A stretch of DNA of 64,000 bases. Origin: Candidatus Falkowbacteria bacterium (lineage in GTDB: Bacteria; Patescibacteriota; Patescibacteriia; Patescibacteriales; GWE2-39-37). The notes under the pieces were generated by a model, which was given only the letters and a program-made list of their open reading frames with translations, did not search any database and was not told where the DNA came from. The stretch spans positions 32,316 through 96,315 of the forward strand of contig JBAXJQ010000001.1 in the NCBI GenBank assembly GCA_037137775.1. The letters are read 5' to 3'. This document shows positions 10,455 to 20,453 of this stretch, in pieces (position 1 is the stretch's first letter; every line of letters starts with the position of its first letter). A program made the position numbers and the translations under genes.

Positions 10455-10639
10455 TTAGCACCCATTGGCGCGCTATCATGGAAGAATGTTGGTATTGCTT
10501 ATCACTGGGCGGTGCGTTTTTGGTCTTGCTGGAGCTAGTTTGGCCAGGCGTGGTTTTATCTGTCATAAATCTTGATTATTTCTTGCTTTTTTGGCTAATT
10601 TTTGGTATGATTTTATTATTAACGCCTCGAAAGGCTTAA
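10442..10639 (+). CDS. Small two-TM membrane protein
   Basis: Hydrophobic ORF (LLELVWPGVV...LLFWLIFGMILL) overlapping the previous stop codon. Confidence 0.6.
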   Translation: MAKIISTHWRAIMEECWYCLSLGGAFLVLLELVWPGVVLSVINLDYFLLFWLIFGMILLLTPRKA

Positions 10640-10666
10640 AATAATTTTGCTAATATTAAAAGATAT

Positions 10667-11116
10667 ATGATAAACGAAGTCGTTATAAAACCGTTAAATC
10701 AATATAAGGATGATCGTGGTTGGCTAACAGAAATTTTCCGTAACGATGAGACTGAATTTCGACCGGAAATGGGTTATGTCAGCTTAACAAACCAGGGAGT
10801 GATTCGCGGTCCGCACGAGCACGTTGCTCAGGCGGATTGTTTTGTGTTCGTCGGTCCTGGCGAATTTGAACTTCATTTATGGGATCGACGTGATACAAGC
10901 AGTACGAATGGTGAGTATTTTAAAGTTACAGTCGGTGAGAATAATCCATCCATGGTAATTGTGCCCGCTGGCGTAGTGCATGGCTATAAATGTGTAAAGG
11001 GGCCAGCATATTCCATTAACTTGCCGGATAAATTATATAAGGGCGAAAAGAAACAGGAAGAGATAGATGAAATTCGTTGGGAAGAAAAAACGGATTCGCC
11101 ATATCATATCGAATAA
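10667..11116 (+). CDS. rmlC: dTDP-4-dehydrorhamnose 3,5-epimerase family protein
   Basis: DDRGWLTE, RGPHEH, VPAGVVHGY cupin motifs; rml context. Confidence 0.88.
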   Translation: MINEVVIKPLNQYKDDRGWLTEIFRNDETEFRPEMGYVSLTNQGVIRGPHEHVAQADCFVFVGPGEFELHLWDRRDTSSTNGEYFKVTVGENNPSMVIVPAGVVHGYKCVKGPAYSINLPDKLYKGEKKQEEIDEIRWEEKTDSPYHIE

Positions 11117-11125
11117 TTTTTTAAT

Positions 11126-11518
11126 ATGGACAATTGTATCTTTTGTAAAATCGTGGCTGGGGAAATACCATCTGCTAAGGTGTATGAAGATGATAAGGTG
11201 CTGGCATTTTTAGATATCAATCCGGTTAACTATGGCCATGCTTTAATAATCCCCAAAGCGCATCATCAAATGATGCCGGATGTACCGGATGATTTGCTGG
11301 CGTATTGCTTTGTGAAAGCAAAAGAGCTGATGGTAAAAATAAAAACTGCGCTCGGGGCTGATTTCGTTTCGGTGTCGGTGGCAGGCACGGAAATACCACA
11401 TTTTCATATTCACTTAATTCCGAGATACTATGATGACGGTTTGCATAGCTGGCCAATGAAGAAATACGAGGAGGGGAAGATAAATGAAATAGTTGATAAA
11501 ATAAAATTAAAAATATAG
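11126..11518 (+). CDS. HIT family hydrolase
   Basis: CIFCKIV and the HFHIH histidine triad. Confidence 0.93.
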   Translation: MDNCIFCKIVAGEIPSAKVYEDDKVLAFLDINPVNYGHALIIPKAHHQMMPDVPDDLLAYCFVKAKELMVKIKTALGADFVSVSVAGTEIPHFHIHLIPRYYDDGLHSWPMKKYEEGKINEIVDKIKLKI

Positions 11519-11520
11519 CC

Positions 11521-11793
11521 ATGAATAAATTTTTATCAATTGTTGTTTTGGAAAGTGTTTTTGTTGCTTTGTTTAATATACTTTTGGTTATCGGATATTT
11601 TTTTGCAGTGACTTGGATTTTTTCAAAATTAGCTCTTTTTATTGATAAAAAAAACATTAAAAATTTAATATTGAAAAAATTTACAAAAATTTTTATTGGA
11701 ATTTTGGTTTATACTATTGGTTTATTTATTTTTGGTAAAATTTTAAGCGAAGTCGGAAATTGGTTAGTTGCGCATAATTATATGGAAGGATAA
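11521..11793 (+). CDS. Small AT-rich membrane protein of unknown function
   Basis: Two hydrophobic segments; fills the gap between the HIT gene and rmlB exactly. Confidence 0.6.
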   Translation: MNKFLSIVVLESVFVALFNILLVIGYFFAVTWIFSKLALFIDKKNIKNLILKKFTKIFIGILVYTIGLFIFGKILSEVGNWLVAHNYMEG

Positions 11794-11797
11794 ATAT

Positions 11798-12763
11798 ATG
11801 AAATTACTCGTAACCGGTGGAGCAGGGTTTATTGGCTCCAATTTTATTCGTTATTGGCTGAGTAAGCATCCGAGCGATTCAATCGTAAATTTTGATTTGT
11901 TAACCTATGCCGGCAACTTGGATAGTTTGCGTGATATTGAAAATAATCCGAACTATAGTTTTGTAAGAGGCGATATTTGCGATGCCGGTGCTGTTCGCGA
12001 TGCAATAAAAGGTGTTGATATTATTGTGCATTTTGCGGCTGAGTCACATGTTGATCGGTCAATTGATAATGCGAGTCCGTTTATTCACACCAATGTCCTG
12101 GGAACGCAAGTTTTATTGGATGCCGCTAGGCATCATGGTAACACCCGCTTTCATCATGTTTCAACGGACGAGGTTTTTGGCTCCCTTGATATTGATGATC
12201 CTAAGTTTAACGAAAATACACCCTACGATCCACGTAGCCCATATAGCGCTTCTAAAGCGGCCTCAGATCATTTAGTGCGCGCCTATTGGCACACTCATAA
12301 GTTGCCAATAACTATTTCTAATTGTACAAATAATTATGGCCCGTACCAATATCCAGAGAAGCTAATTCCATTATTTATTACTAATTTATTTGACGGCAGA
12401 AAAGTACCGGTCTATGGCCGCGGTTCGAACATCCGAGATTGGATTTATGTTGATGATCACAACGCCGGCGTAGAGGCGATAATTTTGAAAGGTAAAATTG
12501 GGGAGACTTATTGCTTGGGTGGTGAAAATGAATTGAGCAATTTAGAAATTACTAATGATATCTTACAATTAATGCATCAGGGTGAAGAGATGATAGAATA
12601 TGTTGAAGACCGTAAAGGCCACGATTTGCGCTACGCCATGGATATTAGTAAGGCCAAACGCGAGTTGGAATGGTATCCAAAGATTGATTTTAAAACCGGA
12701 CTGGTAAAAACACTTAATTGGTATAAAGAAAATCAAGAATGGTGGCAAGCCTTAAAAAAATAG
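11798..12763 (+). CDS. rmlB: dTDP-glucose 4,6-dehydratase
   Basis: GGAGFIG, AAESHVDRSI, STDEVFG, YSASK. Start set at ATG 11798. Confidence 0.96.
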   Translation: MKLLVTGGAGFIGSNFIRYWLSKHPSDSIVNFDLLTYAGNLDSLRDIENNPNYSFVRGDICDAGAVRDAIKGVDIIVHFAAESHVDRSIDNASPFIHTNVLGTQVLLDAARHHGNTRFHHVSTDEVFGSLDIDDPKFNENTPYDPRSPYSASKAASDHLVRAYWHTHKLPITISNCTNNYGPYQYPEKLIPLFITNLFDGRKVPVYGRGSNIRDWIYVDDHNAGVEAIILKGKIGETYCLGGENELSNLEITNDILQLMHQGEEMIEYVEDRKGHDLRYAMDISKAKRELEWYPKIDFKTGLVKTLNWYKENQEWWQALKK

Positions 12764-12773
12764 ACACAACATC

Positions 12774-13637
12774 ATGAGAATAGTTATTCTGGGCGCGCAA
12801 GGCAATTTGGGTCAACAATTGGTGACAGTATTTAAATCCAATACGCTAAATGAAGTAATTGGCTGGGATAAAGGCGAGATCGATATTACGGATCAGGGCT
12901 TGGTGAAGAAAAAAATAGCAGATTTAAAACCGAATGTAATTATTAATGCGGTAGCATATAACGCGGTTGACCAAATGGAATCTGACGAAGGCTTTGAGCT
13001 GGCCAAAAAACTGAACGCGACTGCGGTTGGATATATAGCGCAAGCTGCGCTGGATAACAACGCGGTGATTGTGCACTATTCAACTGATTATGTCTTTGCT
13101 GGTGATAAAACAGAAGGCTACACGGAAAGCGACCAGCCGAGTCCTATTAGCCGCTATGGTGAAAGTAAGTTAATGGGTGAGCAGGAAATCATCCGCTTGA
13201 GTGGTCGTGGGTTAAAATGGTATTTGATTCGTACTTCAAAATTGTTTGGCCCGAAAGGCGAAAGCGAGGTGGCGAAACCAAGTTTTTTTGATGTAATGCG
13301 CAAATTAGGTGAAGAAAAAAAGGAATTGGAAATCGTGGATGAAGAAATGAGTTGTTTTACCTATACGCCAGATTTGGCCGCACAAACTAAGGAAATAGTG
13401 GAAGGGGATTACGGCTATGGAATTTACCATGTGGTTAATTCTAAACCAGTCACCTGGTTTCAAGCTGCTCAATTTATGTTTCGCCAGATTGGTAATAAAA
13501 TAAAATTAATTCCAGTGTCGAGCGAAAAATTTCCTCGACCAGCCAAGCGGCCAAAGTATTCGGTTTTAGTTTCAACTAAGTTGAAAAAGATGAGAAGTTA
13601 TCAAGACGCTTTAAAAGAATATTTGAGTATTAAATAA
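12774..13637 (+). CDS. rmlD: dTDP-4-dehydrorhamnose reductase
   Basis: GAQGNLG, STDYVF, YGESK, PAKRPKYSVL. Confidence 0.94.
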   Translation: MRIVILGAQGNLGQQLVTVFKSNTLNEVIGWDKGEIDITDQGLVKKKIADLKPNVIINAVAYNAVDQMESDEGFELAKKLNATAVGYIAQAALDNNAVIVHYSTDYVFAGDKTEGYTESDQPSPISRYGESKLMGEQEIIRLSGRGLKWYLIRTSKLFGPKGESEVAKPSFFDVMRKLGEEKKELEIVDEEMSCFTYTPDLAAQTKEIVEGDYGYGIYHVVNSKPVTWFQAAQFMFRQIGNKIKLIPVSSEKFPRPAKRPKYSVLVSTKLKKMRSYQDALKEYLSIK

Positions 13638-13641
13638 AATA

Positions 13642-14043
13642 ATGAAAAAACAATTTAAAATAACGTTACTTGTTTTAATACTTATTGTCATTTCAGTTTT
13701 ATATTATTTCATTATTGATTCAGAAACGTATATTGAATGCAAAGAAAAAACGTTTGATGCATTTTTATGTGATTCAAAAGGATTTATTGGTGATATTAGA
13801 ATATTTTCATGTCCTTGTGGCAACGGTAAGACTAAAATCGCTACCGATTTTATCTTATCTCCAGGTGCTTTTGACGCTTTAGATTTAGATCCTAAAACAT
13901 TAAAATACGACAAGTCAAATAAAATTTATTCAGATAAAAACGGAATCTATAAATATGAATGCACAGATGCATGCGCAGGGCGTCACCCTTGCGTGATTGA
14001 TCCATCGGTAACCTGTTCACTTAATATATTGAAAAAATATTAG
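13642..14043 (+). CDS. Membrane-anchored Cys-rich protein with a DKNYY-like motif (paralog 1)
   Basis: MKKQFKIT plus TM helix, DPKTLKY..IYSDKNGIYKYEC, multiple Cys. Similar to 14178..14633. Confidence 0.7.
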   Translation: MKKQFKITLLVLILIVISVLYYFIIDSETYIECKEKTFDAFLCDSKGFIGDIRIFSCPCGNGKTKIATDFILSPGAFDALDLDPKTLKYDKSNKIYSDKNGIYKYECTDACAGRHPCVIDPSVTCSLNILKKY

Positions 14044-14054
14044 TAATTATCACT

Positions 14055-14144
14055 ATGAAATGAATAATCTTGTCTGGTGGATCAGGTACACGCTTGCCAT
14101 TATTAACAAATATAACTAACAAGCAACTTTTGCCATTACTATAA
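14055..14144 (+). pseudogene. Fossil 5' fragment of rmlA
   Basis: Translates MK*IILSGGSGTRLPLLTNITNKQLLPLL* versus intact RmlA MKGIILSGGSGTRLRPLTKITSKQLLPVY (22 of 27 residues identical). Confidence 0.85.
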
Positions 14145-14177
14145 GACTTAAAACAATGTATTTGTATAAAATAAATT

Positions 14178-14633
14178 ATGTCAAAACAATTTAAAATTAC
14201 TATAATTATTTTAACAATATTTTTAGCTTTGTTTTTGATTTATTTTTTGTCATTATTGGGTGTTGTTGATTTTATTAAGTTAAAGGAAGAAATGTTTCCA
14301 ACTTATTATAGTGAGAAATTTGAAAATGAGGGCTGGTCATGTAAAACCGTCCGCGATATTGAAGAAAAAAATGGTAATATTGTAATTATTGCTGAATGTG
14401 ATTGTGGTAAATTATTATTTAATTGTAAGATTGCAGGATATTTTGAGGATTCTGAATTTAGAGACTTTAAAAATGTAGAAGCAAAATCTTTGCAGTATAA
14501 TAATACCTTGGAAATGTATGAGGATAAAAATGGTTTTTATAATTTTGAATGTATGGGCGATAATGTTGGCAGTCGTTTAACTGACGGAAAAACTGAGCAT
14601 ATTTGTTCTCTTGAATTAGTTAAGAATAAATAA
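14178..14633 (+). CDS. Membrane-anchored Cys-rich protein with a DKNYY-like motif (paralog 2)
   Basis: MSKQFKIT plus TM helix, EAKSLQY..MYEDKNGFYNFEC, C-terminal CSL. Confidence 0.7.
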   Translation: MSKQFKITIIILTIFLALFLIYFLSLLGVVDFIKLKEEMFPTYYSEKFENEGWSCKTVRDIEEKNGNIVIIAECDCGKLLFNCKIAGYFEDSEFRDFKNVEAKSLQYNNTLEMYEDKNGFYNFECMGDNVGSRLTDGKTEHICSLELVKNK

Positions 14634-14665
14634 GTGATTGAATTAACTAGATTAATTATAATTTT

Positions 14666-15391
14666 ATGAAAGGCATTATACTCTCTGGTGGCTCAGGCAC
14701 GCGTTTGCGGCCACTGACTAAAATTACGAGTAAGCAACTTTTACCGGTATACAACAAGCCGATGATTTATTATCCGCTGAATACTTTGATTACCGCGGGC
14801 ATTAAAGAGATTTTAATAATTGTAGCACCAGAGCGGGCAGGGGATTATTTGAATCTGCTTGGATCCGGTAAACAGTTTGGGGTGAAGTTTACCTATGAAA
14901 TTCAAGATAAACCGGCAGGCTTGCCCGAGGCGTTTATCATTGGTGAGAGTTTTATTGGCAAAGATAATGTGACTATGATTTTAGGGGATAATATTTTTGA
15001 AGATAATTTTGCCAAAGAGATTAAAAAATTCAAGAAGGGTGGAAAGGTGTTTGCTAAGCATGTGCCGGATCCAGAGCGGTTTGGCGTGGTAAAGTTTGAT
15101 GCTAATCTGCAAGCTGTACAAATTGAAGAAAAGCCAGAACAGTGGATTAGTGATTATGCACTAACCGGATTGTATGTTTATGACAATCGCGTTGTTAAAG
15201 TAGCGAAAGAATGCCAACCAAGTGCTCGAGGCGAGCTGGAGATTACTGATTTACATCGATGGTATATGGACAAAGGCGTGCTTGAAGTTGCTATGGTAAA
15301 TGGAGAATGGCTTGATGCTGGTACCTTTGAGAGCTTATTAAAGGCGCAAAATTTTGCCAAGGATAAATTGGTAGACAAAATGGTAATTTAA
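14666..15391 (+). CDS. rmlA: Glucose-1-phosphate thymidylyltransferase (short form)
   Basis: GIILSGGSGTRLRPLT, KQLLPVYNKPMIYYPL, EEKP, SARGELEITD, WLDAGT. Confidence 0.95.
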   Translation: MKGIILSGGSGTRLRPLTKITSKQLLPVYNKPMIYYPLNTLITAGIKEILIIVAPERAGDYLNLLGSGKQFGVKFTYEIQDKPAGLPEAFIIGESFIGKDNVTMILGDNIFEDNFAKEIKKFKKGGKVFAKHVPDPERFGVVKFDANLQAVQIEEKPEQWISDYALTGLYVYDNRVVKVAKECQPSARGELEITDLHRWYMDKGVLEVAMVNGEWLDAGTFESLLKAQNFAKDKLVDKMVI

Positions 15392-15393
15392 TC

Positions 15394-16338
15394 ATGAACG
15401 AATCAAAACAAATTTGGGCAGGATTTATAACCTATGGCAAGGCCACGAGTGCCTATTTGCCTTTTTTTCTTGAGTCTTTACAAAATCAAATAGGAGTTAA
15501 TCTTAAAATTGTTTGTGTAGACAATTCAGAAACTGCCGATGATAATTTAGAAATTCTTAAAATCCACCCCGAAATTGAAATTTTATCCCGAGGGCAAAAT
15601 TTTGGTTTTGCCAAGGGCTACAATCTAATGATTAGTCAGGCAGCTAATGCCGGAGCTGAATATTTTTTAACGCTCAATGTTGATGTGTTGCTCGAGCTGA
15701 ATACGGTAGAAAAATTGGTAGCAGCCATATTGCAGGATGAAAATATTTCAGCCGTGTGCCCCAAGCTGTTGCGTTGGGATTTTCTACAAAACAAAAAAAC
15801 AAATATAATCGATAGTTGTGGCATAGCGCTGCTTTCAGGTTTACGTTTTGTGGATTTAGGGCAAGGTGTTGTTGATAATGGGCAATATGATAATGCTACC
15901 ATATTTGGCGTTTCAGGTGCGTTGGCTTTGTATCGCCTTTCGGCATTAGAAAAGTGCAAGGATCAGTTCGGCTATTTTGACGAAAGAATGTTTATGTATA
16001 AAGAGGATTGTGATTTGGCTTATCGGTTACAGCTGGCGGGTTTTAAGGCAGAATTAGTCTCCCAGGCGATCGCCTATCATGATCGGACAACCTCAGGTAA
16101 AGGAACGTTTTGGCTACAGGTAATAGCAAGTCGTAAGCAAAAAAGTTTTCGAACCAAATTGTGGTCGGCTGTTAATCAGCAAATATTAATTAAAAAACAT
16201 TGGCGAGCGTTATCATTAATTCAAAAAGCTCACGTTTTAGAACAAGAGTTGAAGTTACTGGGATACACAGTTGTGTTTGAATTTAAAATATTTCGTGCCC
16301 TAACTAAATATTGGCTTTCAGGCGATATTATTAAATAG
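15394..16338 (+). CDS. GT2 glycosyltransferase (rhamnosyltransferase-like)
   Basis: VDNS, NFGFAKGYN, LNVD, FDERMFMYKEDCDL. Confidence 0.88.
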   Translation: MNESKQIWAGFITYGKATSAYLPFFLESLQNQIGVNLKIVCVDNSETADDNLEILKIHPEIEILSRGQNFGFAKGYNLMISQAANAGAEYFLTLNVDVLLELNTVEKLVAAILQDENISAVCPKLLRWDFLQNKKTNIIDSCGIALLSGLRFVDLGQGVVDNGQYDNATIFGVSGALALYRLSALEKCKDQFGYFDERMFMYKEDCDLAYRLQLAGFKAELVSQAIAYHDRTTSGKGTFWLQVIASRKQKSFRTKLWSAVNQQILIKKHWRALSLIQKAHVLEQELKLLGYTVVFEFKIFRALTKYWLSGDIIK

Positions 16339-16341
16339 CAT

Positions 16342-17205
16342 ATGACCGAGTTGTCAATCATTATTGTCTCGTGGAATGTTAAGGAAAAATTACGGGAAAA
16401 TCTAACTGCACTATATCAAAGTGTTGGTGACTTAGGCTTGGAGGTATTTGTGGTTGATAACCATTCACATGACGGTACGGTTGCCATGATTCAACAAAGT
16501 TTTCCTCGAGTACGGCTAATCCCAAATAATCACAATCTCGGGTTTGCTAAGGCAAATAATCAAGCGCTTCGCCAAGCAGAAGGCAAGTATGTATTGCTGC
16601 TTAACCCTGATATGAAAGTGCTGCCTGACACTTTGCAAAATATGGTTAATTGGATGGATGCTAATCCTCAGGCCAGCCTGGCCGGTTGCCACTTAGTTGA
16701 TCAAAATTTAAATACTATTTTACACGTACGGCAATTTCCTACGCTTAATGATCAATTAGCCATTGTCTTGAAATTGCCTCATTTATTCAAACATATTTTA
16801 AAAAATTATCTGCAAGAAAATTTTGACTATACTAAGGCGGCAAAGGTAGATTCGGTTAGAGGCGGCTTTTTTATGTTACGACAAAAAACGATTGAAAAAA
16901 TTGGGTTGCTTGATGAGCAATATTTTATCTGGTTTGAAGAGGTGGATTATTGCAAGCGGGTGTACGCTCAAGGAGGCGAGGTGTGGTATACGCCTACGGC
17001 AACTTGCATTGATTATGTAGGACAGAGCTTTAAGCAAGTAAAAAACCGAACGACGCAAGCGTATTTTAAATCGAGTATGTTAAAATATTTTTTAAAGTGG
17101 CAGCCTAAATGGCAATATTATGTTTTGTTACTTGCTTGGCCATTCGGCCAAACATTGGCGTGGGTGGGTGGTTTGTTTCATTTTGCTCGAAAGGCTAAAA
17201 CATAA
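16342..17205 (+). CDS. GT2 glycosyltransferase
   Basis: [38 protein letters not shown]. Confidence 0.9.
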   Translation: MTELSIIIVSWNVKEKLRENLTALYQSVGDLGLEVFVVDNHSHDGTVAMIQQSFPRVRLIPNNHNLGFAKANNQALRQAEGKYVLLLNPDMKVLPDTLQNMVNWMDANPQASLAGCHLVDQNLNTILHVRQFPTLNDQLAIVLKLPHLFKHILKNYLQENFDYTKAAKVDSVRGGFFMLRQKTIEKIGLLDEQYFIWFEEVDYCKRVYAQGGEVWYTPTATCIDYVGQSFKQVKNRTTQAYFKSSMLKYFLKWQPKWQYYVLLLAWPFGQTLAWVGGLFHFARKAKT

Positions 17206-17206
17206 T

Positions 17207-18061
17207 ATGATGAAAAAATTTATTTTATTTTTTGGTATACTTTTATTTACTGCTGGTTGCGGTAAGATTGAGCCTGCTCAAAAAACCATATTAACCCCAG
17301 GTCTGGATGGTATTAAGAAGGCTAGAGCGATAAACACTTCAAGCAGAGAACGAGCCGAAGAAATGAATCAATTGCTCGATGTAAAAGCGGCCACCGAAAT
17401 TAAAATGGCTTCACCGGTCGCCAAAACTTATCTGGTAACCCGAGTGATTGATGGTGATACAATTGATGTAAGCATAAATCAAAAAAATGTCCGAGTTAGG
17501 CTGATTGGCATTAACACGCCAGAGACTGTTGACCCGCGTCGACCTGTAGAATGTTTTGGCCAAGAGGCTTCAAAAAAAGCCAAAGAATTACTTTTAAACA
17601 AAATGGTTAGTTTAGAGATGGATATTTCTCAGTCGGATAAGGATAAATATGGCAGATTACTACGCTATGTAAGAGTCGGCGATGTGTTTGTTAACCTTGA
17701 AATGATTACCCAGGGCTTTGCATATGAGTATACCTACATTACACCTTATAAATATCAAAAATCATTTAAACTCGCTCAAGCTGAGGCGCGAACTGCGAAG
17801 CGCGGTCTGTGGGCGGATGGAATTTGTGGTCAAAAAAACAGTACAACCAAAATCATTTCGGTAACCAGTACCACATCATCAATAAGCAAGACGTGTCTCA
17901 TTAAAGGCAATATCAGTAGCAAGAAAGAAAAAATTTATCACATACCTAATTGTGTCTATTATAAAAAAACCGTTATTAATCCAACAGCAGGTGAAGAATG
18001 GTTTTGCAGCGAGGCCGAGGCTAAAGCAGCCGGATTTCGCAAGGCGTTAAATTGCACGTAA
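17207..18061 (+). CDS. Lipoprotein thermonuclease (SNase-like) with a C-terminal Cys/His domain
   Basis: Lipobox FTAGC; [26 protein letters not shown]; C-terminal [29 protein letters not shown]. Confidence 0.88.
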   Translation: MMKKFILFFGILLFTAGCGKIEPAQKTILTPGLDGIKKARAINTSSRERAEEMNQLLDVKAATEIKMASPVAKTYLVTRVIDGDTIDVSINQKNVRVRLIGINTPETVDPRRPVECFGQEASKKAKELLLNKMVSLEMDISQSDKDKYGRLLRYVRVGDVFVNLEMITQGFAYEYTYITPYKYQKSFKLAQAEARTAKRGLWADGICGQKNSTTKIISVTSTTSSISKTCLIKGNISSKKEKIYHIPNCVYYKKTVINPTAGEEWFCSEAEAKAAGFRKALNCT

Positions 18062-18066
18062 CCGAT

Positions 18067-19122
18067 ATGTCTAAAGTCGCCGTTATTATATCGCCAAATT
18101 GGAGGGATTATGGTCGCAAATATTTGCCGGATTGTTTGGCGAGCGTACGAGCACAGCGATACGCAGGAGAAATTAAACTGTTTTTAATCGATAACGAAAG
18201 CACGCCAGAAAGCCTTGGTTTCTTAAAATCATTAGCACCTGAAGCAGAAATAATTGTTCATAAAAAAAACACCGGCTTTGCCGAGGCGCACAATCCGGCC
18301 ATGGCCAGAGCGATTGAATCTGGTTGTAAATATGTTATTTTATTCAACATTGATACGATTGTTGAGCCAGAAGCAGTGAGCGAGATGGTTAAAACGGCTG
18401 ATCAAAATGAACAAATTGGAGCGGTTCAGGCTAGGCTGATGTTGTGGCCAGACAAAACAAAAATCAACAGTTTAGGAAACTGCACTCACTTTCTTGGCTT
18501 TGGCTATTGTGCTGGGTATCGCGATGAAATATCAAGTCATTCACTCCAAAATGGATCAAAAATTTTTTACCCCTCCGGTGCAGCTGTTTTGTTTCGTGCA
18601 GATGTCTTAATGCAAGTTGGGCTATTCGATGAAGTGTATTGGATGTATGCCGAGGATCAGGATATTGCCTGGCGTATTTGGTTGGCAGGATATAGCTGTG
18701 TCTTAGCCGCTGATGCGGTAGTATTTCACAAATATGAATTTAGTCGCAGTACTAAAAAATATTATTGGATGGATCGGAATCGAATTATTACCATTATTAA
18801 AAATTATCATTGGCTGACTCTGCTAATTATATTTCCCGCCCTGGTTTTAATGGAATTTGGCTTGTTGTTTTTTTCACTTACCAATGGGTGGTTTGGACAA
18901 AAATTAGCGTTGTATGCTTATTTTTTACGACCCAAAACGTGGCAATATTTAGTTTACGCCAGACAAAAAACCCAATCCTTGCGCAAAGTGCCGGATAAGG
19001 CCATAATATCATTAATAAGTACTAGTATAGGCTATCAAGAAATCGATTCTTGGTCTAATCGGTTGGCAAATTGGTTTTTTACCTTATATTGGTCAATAAT
19101 TAAGCCATTAATTAGATGGTAA
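18067..19122 (+). CDS. GT2 glycosyltransferase
   Basis: IDNES, NTGFAEAHN, FNID, FDEVYWMYAEDQD. Confidence 0.88.
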   Translation: MSKVAVIISPNWRDYGRKYLPDCLASVRAQRYAGEIKLFLIDNESTPESLGFLKSLAPEAEIIVHKKNTGFAEAHNPAMARAIESGCKYVILFNIDTIVEPEAVSEMVKTADQNEQIGAVQARLMLWPDKTKINSLGNCTHFLGFGYCAGYRDEISSHSLQNGSKIFYPSGAAVLFRADVLMQVGLFDEVYWMYAEDQDIAWRIWLAGYSCVLAADAVVFHKYEFSRSTKKYYWMDRNRIITIIKNYHWLTLLIIFPALVLMEFGLLFFSLTNGWFGQKLALYAYFLRPKTWQYLVYARQKTQSLRKVPDKAIISLISTSIGYQEIDSWSNRLANWFFTLYWSIIKPLIRW

Positions 19123-19129
19123 GCGTAAT

Positions 19130-19924
19130 ATGGATTTGAGTATCGTAGTAGTTAATTTTAATACCAGAGAAAAGCTGGCAAGATGTTTAGAATCAATTGC
19201 CAAATCCGATTTGTCTGATTTAGCGACTGAGGTGATTGTGGTTGATAACCATTCTACAGAATATATTGGAGAAATGCCTCAAATGTCAGGTATTAGTCTT
19301 GCATTGATTAAAAATGACTCAAACAAAGGCATGGGTGCCGGTAATAATGTCGGCATTAAACAAGCGATTGGTGAATTTATTTTAGTGTTAAACCCCGATA
19401 CTGGGTTAGCCTCGGACGCGATACGACACATGGTAATTTATTTAAAATTACACGACGCAGTCGGTGTGGTTGGTCCCAAATTGATTTATCCGGATGGTAG
19501 TCCGCAGGCATCCTGTTTTCATTATCCCAACATATTTTTGCCATTGCTAAGAAGAACTTTTTTTGGTAAACTTGCTCCCATACAGTTAGCGCATTTTATG
19601 ATGACTGACAGTGATTTGAGAATACCACAAAGTGTTGATTGGGTTATGGGTTCTTGCATGATGTTTGCGAAAAAAGTTTTGGATCAGGTTGGTTTGTTTG
19701 ATGAACGCTTTTTTATGTATTTTGAAGATACGGATTTATGCCGTCGGATTACTTGCGCTGGCTTCGGCGTTGTATATTTGCCCGAAGCAGTAGTAACGCA
19801 TCATCATGGACGAGCCAGTGCCAAAGAACACTGGTATGTTTCCCCCTTTATTAATAAAATGTCACGTATACATATTGCCTCATGGTTGAAGTATTTTTGG
19901 AAATGGCGGCAGGGTAGGGCGTGA
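19130..19924 (+). CDS. GT2 glycosyltransferase (WbbL-like)
   Basis: VVDNHS, LNPD, DWVMGSC, FDERFFMYFEDTDLC. Confidence 0.9.
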   Translation: MDLSIVVVNFNTREKLARCLESIAKSDLSDLATEVIVVDNHSTEYIGEMPQMSGISLALIKNDSNKGMGAGNNVGIKQAIGEFILVLNPDTGLASDAIRHMVIYLKLHDAVGVVGPKLIYPDGSPQASCFHYPNIFLPLLRRTFFGKLAPIQLAHFMMTDSDLRIPQSVDWVMGSCMMFAKKVLDQVGLFDERFFMYFEDTDLCRRITCAGFGVVYLPEAVVTHHHGRASAKEHWYVSPFINKMSRIHIASWLKYFWKWRQGRA

Positions 19925-19934
19925 TGCACTTTTT

Positions 19935-20450
19935 ATGCAATTAATTTTTTTATTAATTTTTTTATTTATCGGCTACACCATTATTAAGGCGTGTGCCACA
20001 TTTGCCCCATGGGTGCCAAGTTTTTCACGCGACCTCGATCGAGCTTTGCAATTAGCTGAACTGAAACCGGGTGAACGATTTTATGATCTTGGGTGTGGTA
20101 ATGGTAAGCTAGTTTTTCATGCCGCCAACCATTATTTCGCCGATGCAGTTGGGGTCGAGTTGATGTGGCCATTATTCCTCTGGTGCAAAACAAAACAGTG
20201 GCTTATGCCGAGAACCTCAGCAACGTTTCATTTTGGTGATTTATTTAAACACTCAGTTAAGGATGCTGATGTGGTTTACTTATATGGTTTACCCAATCAC
20301 ATGACCGAAAAAATTACCAATAAATTAAAATCAGAGTTACCTGTCGGCGCGAGAGTTATTTGTTATTGTTTTCCGCTTAAAGATTTAGCGCCAGTGGCAG
20401 TAAGTCGCTCCAGTGAAATTGATTTACCAATTTATATGTATAAATTTTAA
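19935..20450 (+). CDS. Membrane-anchored class I SAM-dependent methyltransferase
   Basis: APWVPS, YDLGCGNG, GVE, ADVVYLY. Confidence 0.85.
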   Translation: MQLIFLLIFLFIGYTIIKACATFAPWVPSFSRDLDRALQLAELKPGERFYDLGCGNGKLVFHAANHYFADAVGVELMWPLFLWCKTKQWLMPRTSATFHFGDLFKHSVKDADVVYLYGLPNHMTEKITNKLKSELPVGARVICYCFPLKDLAPVAVSRSSEIDLPIYMYKF

Positions 20451-20453
20451 TGT

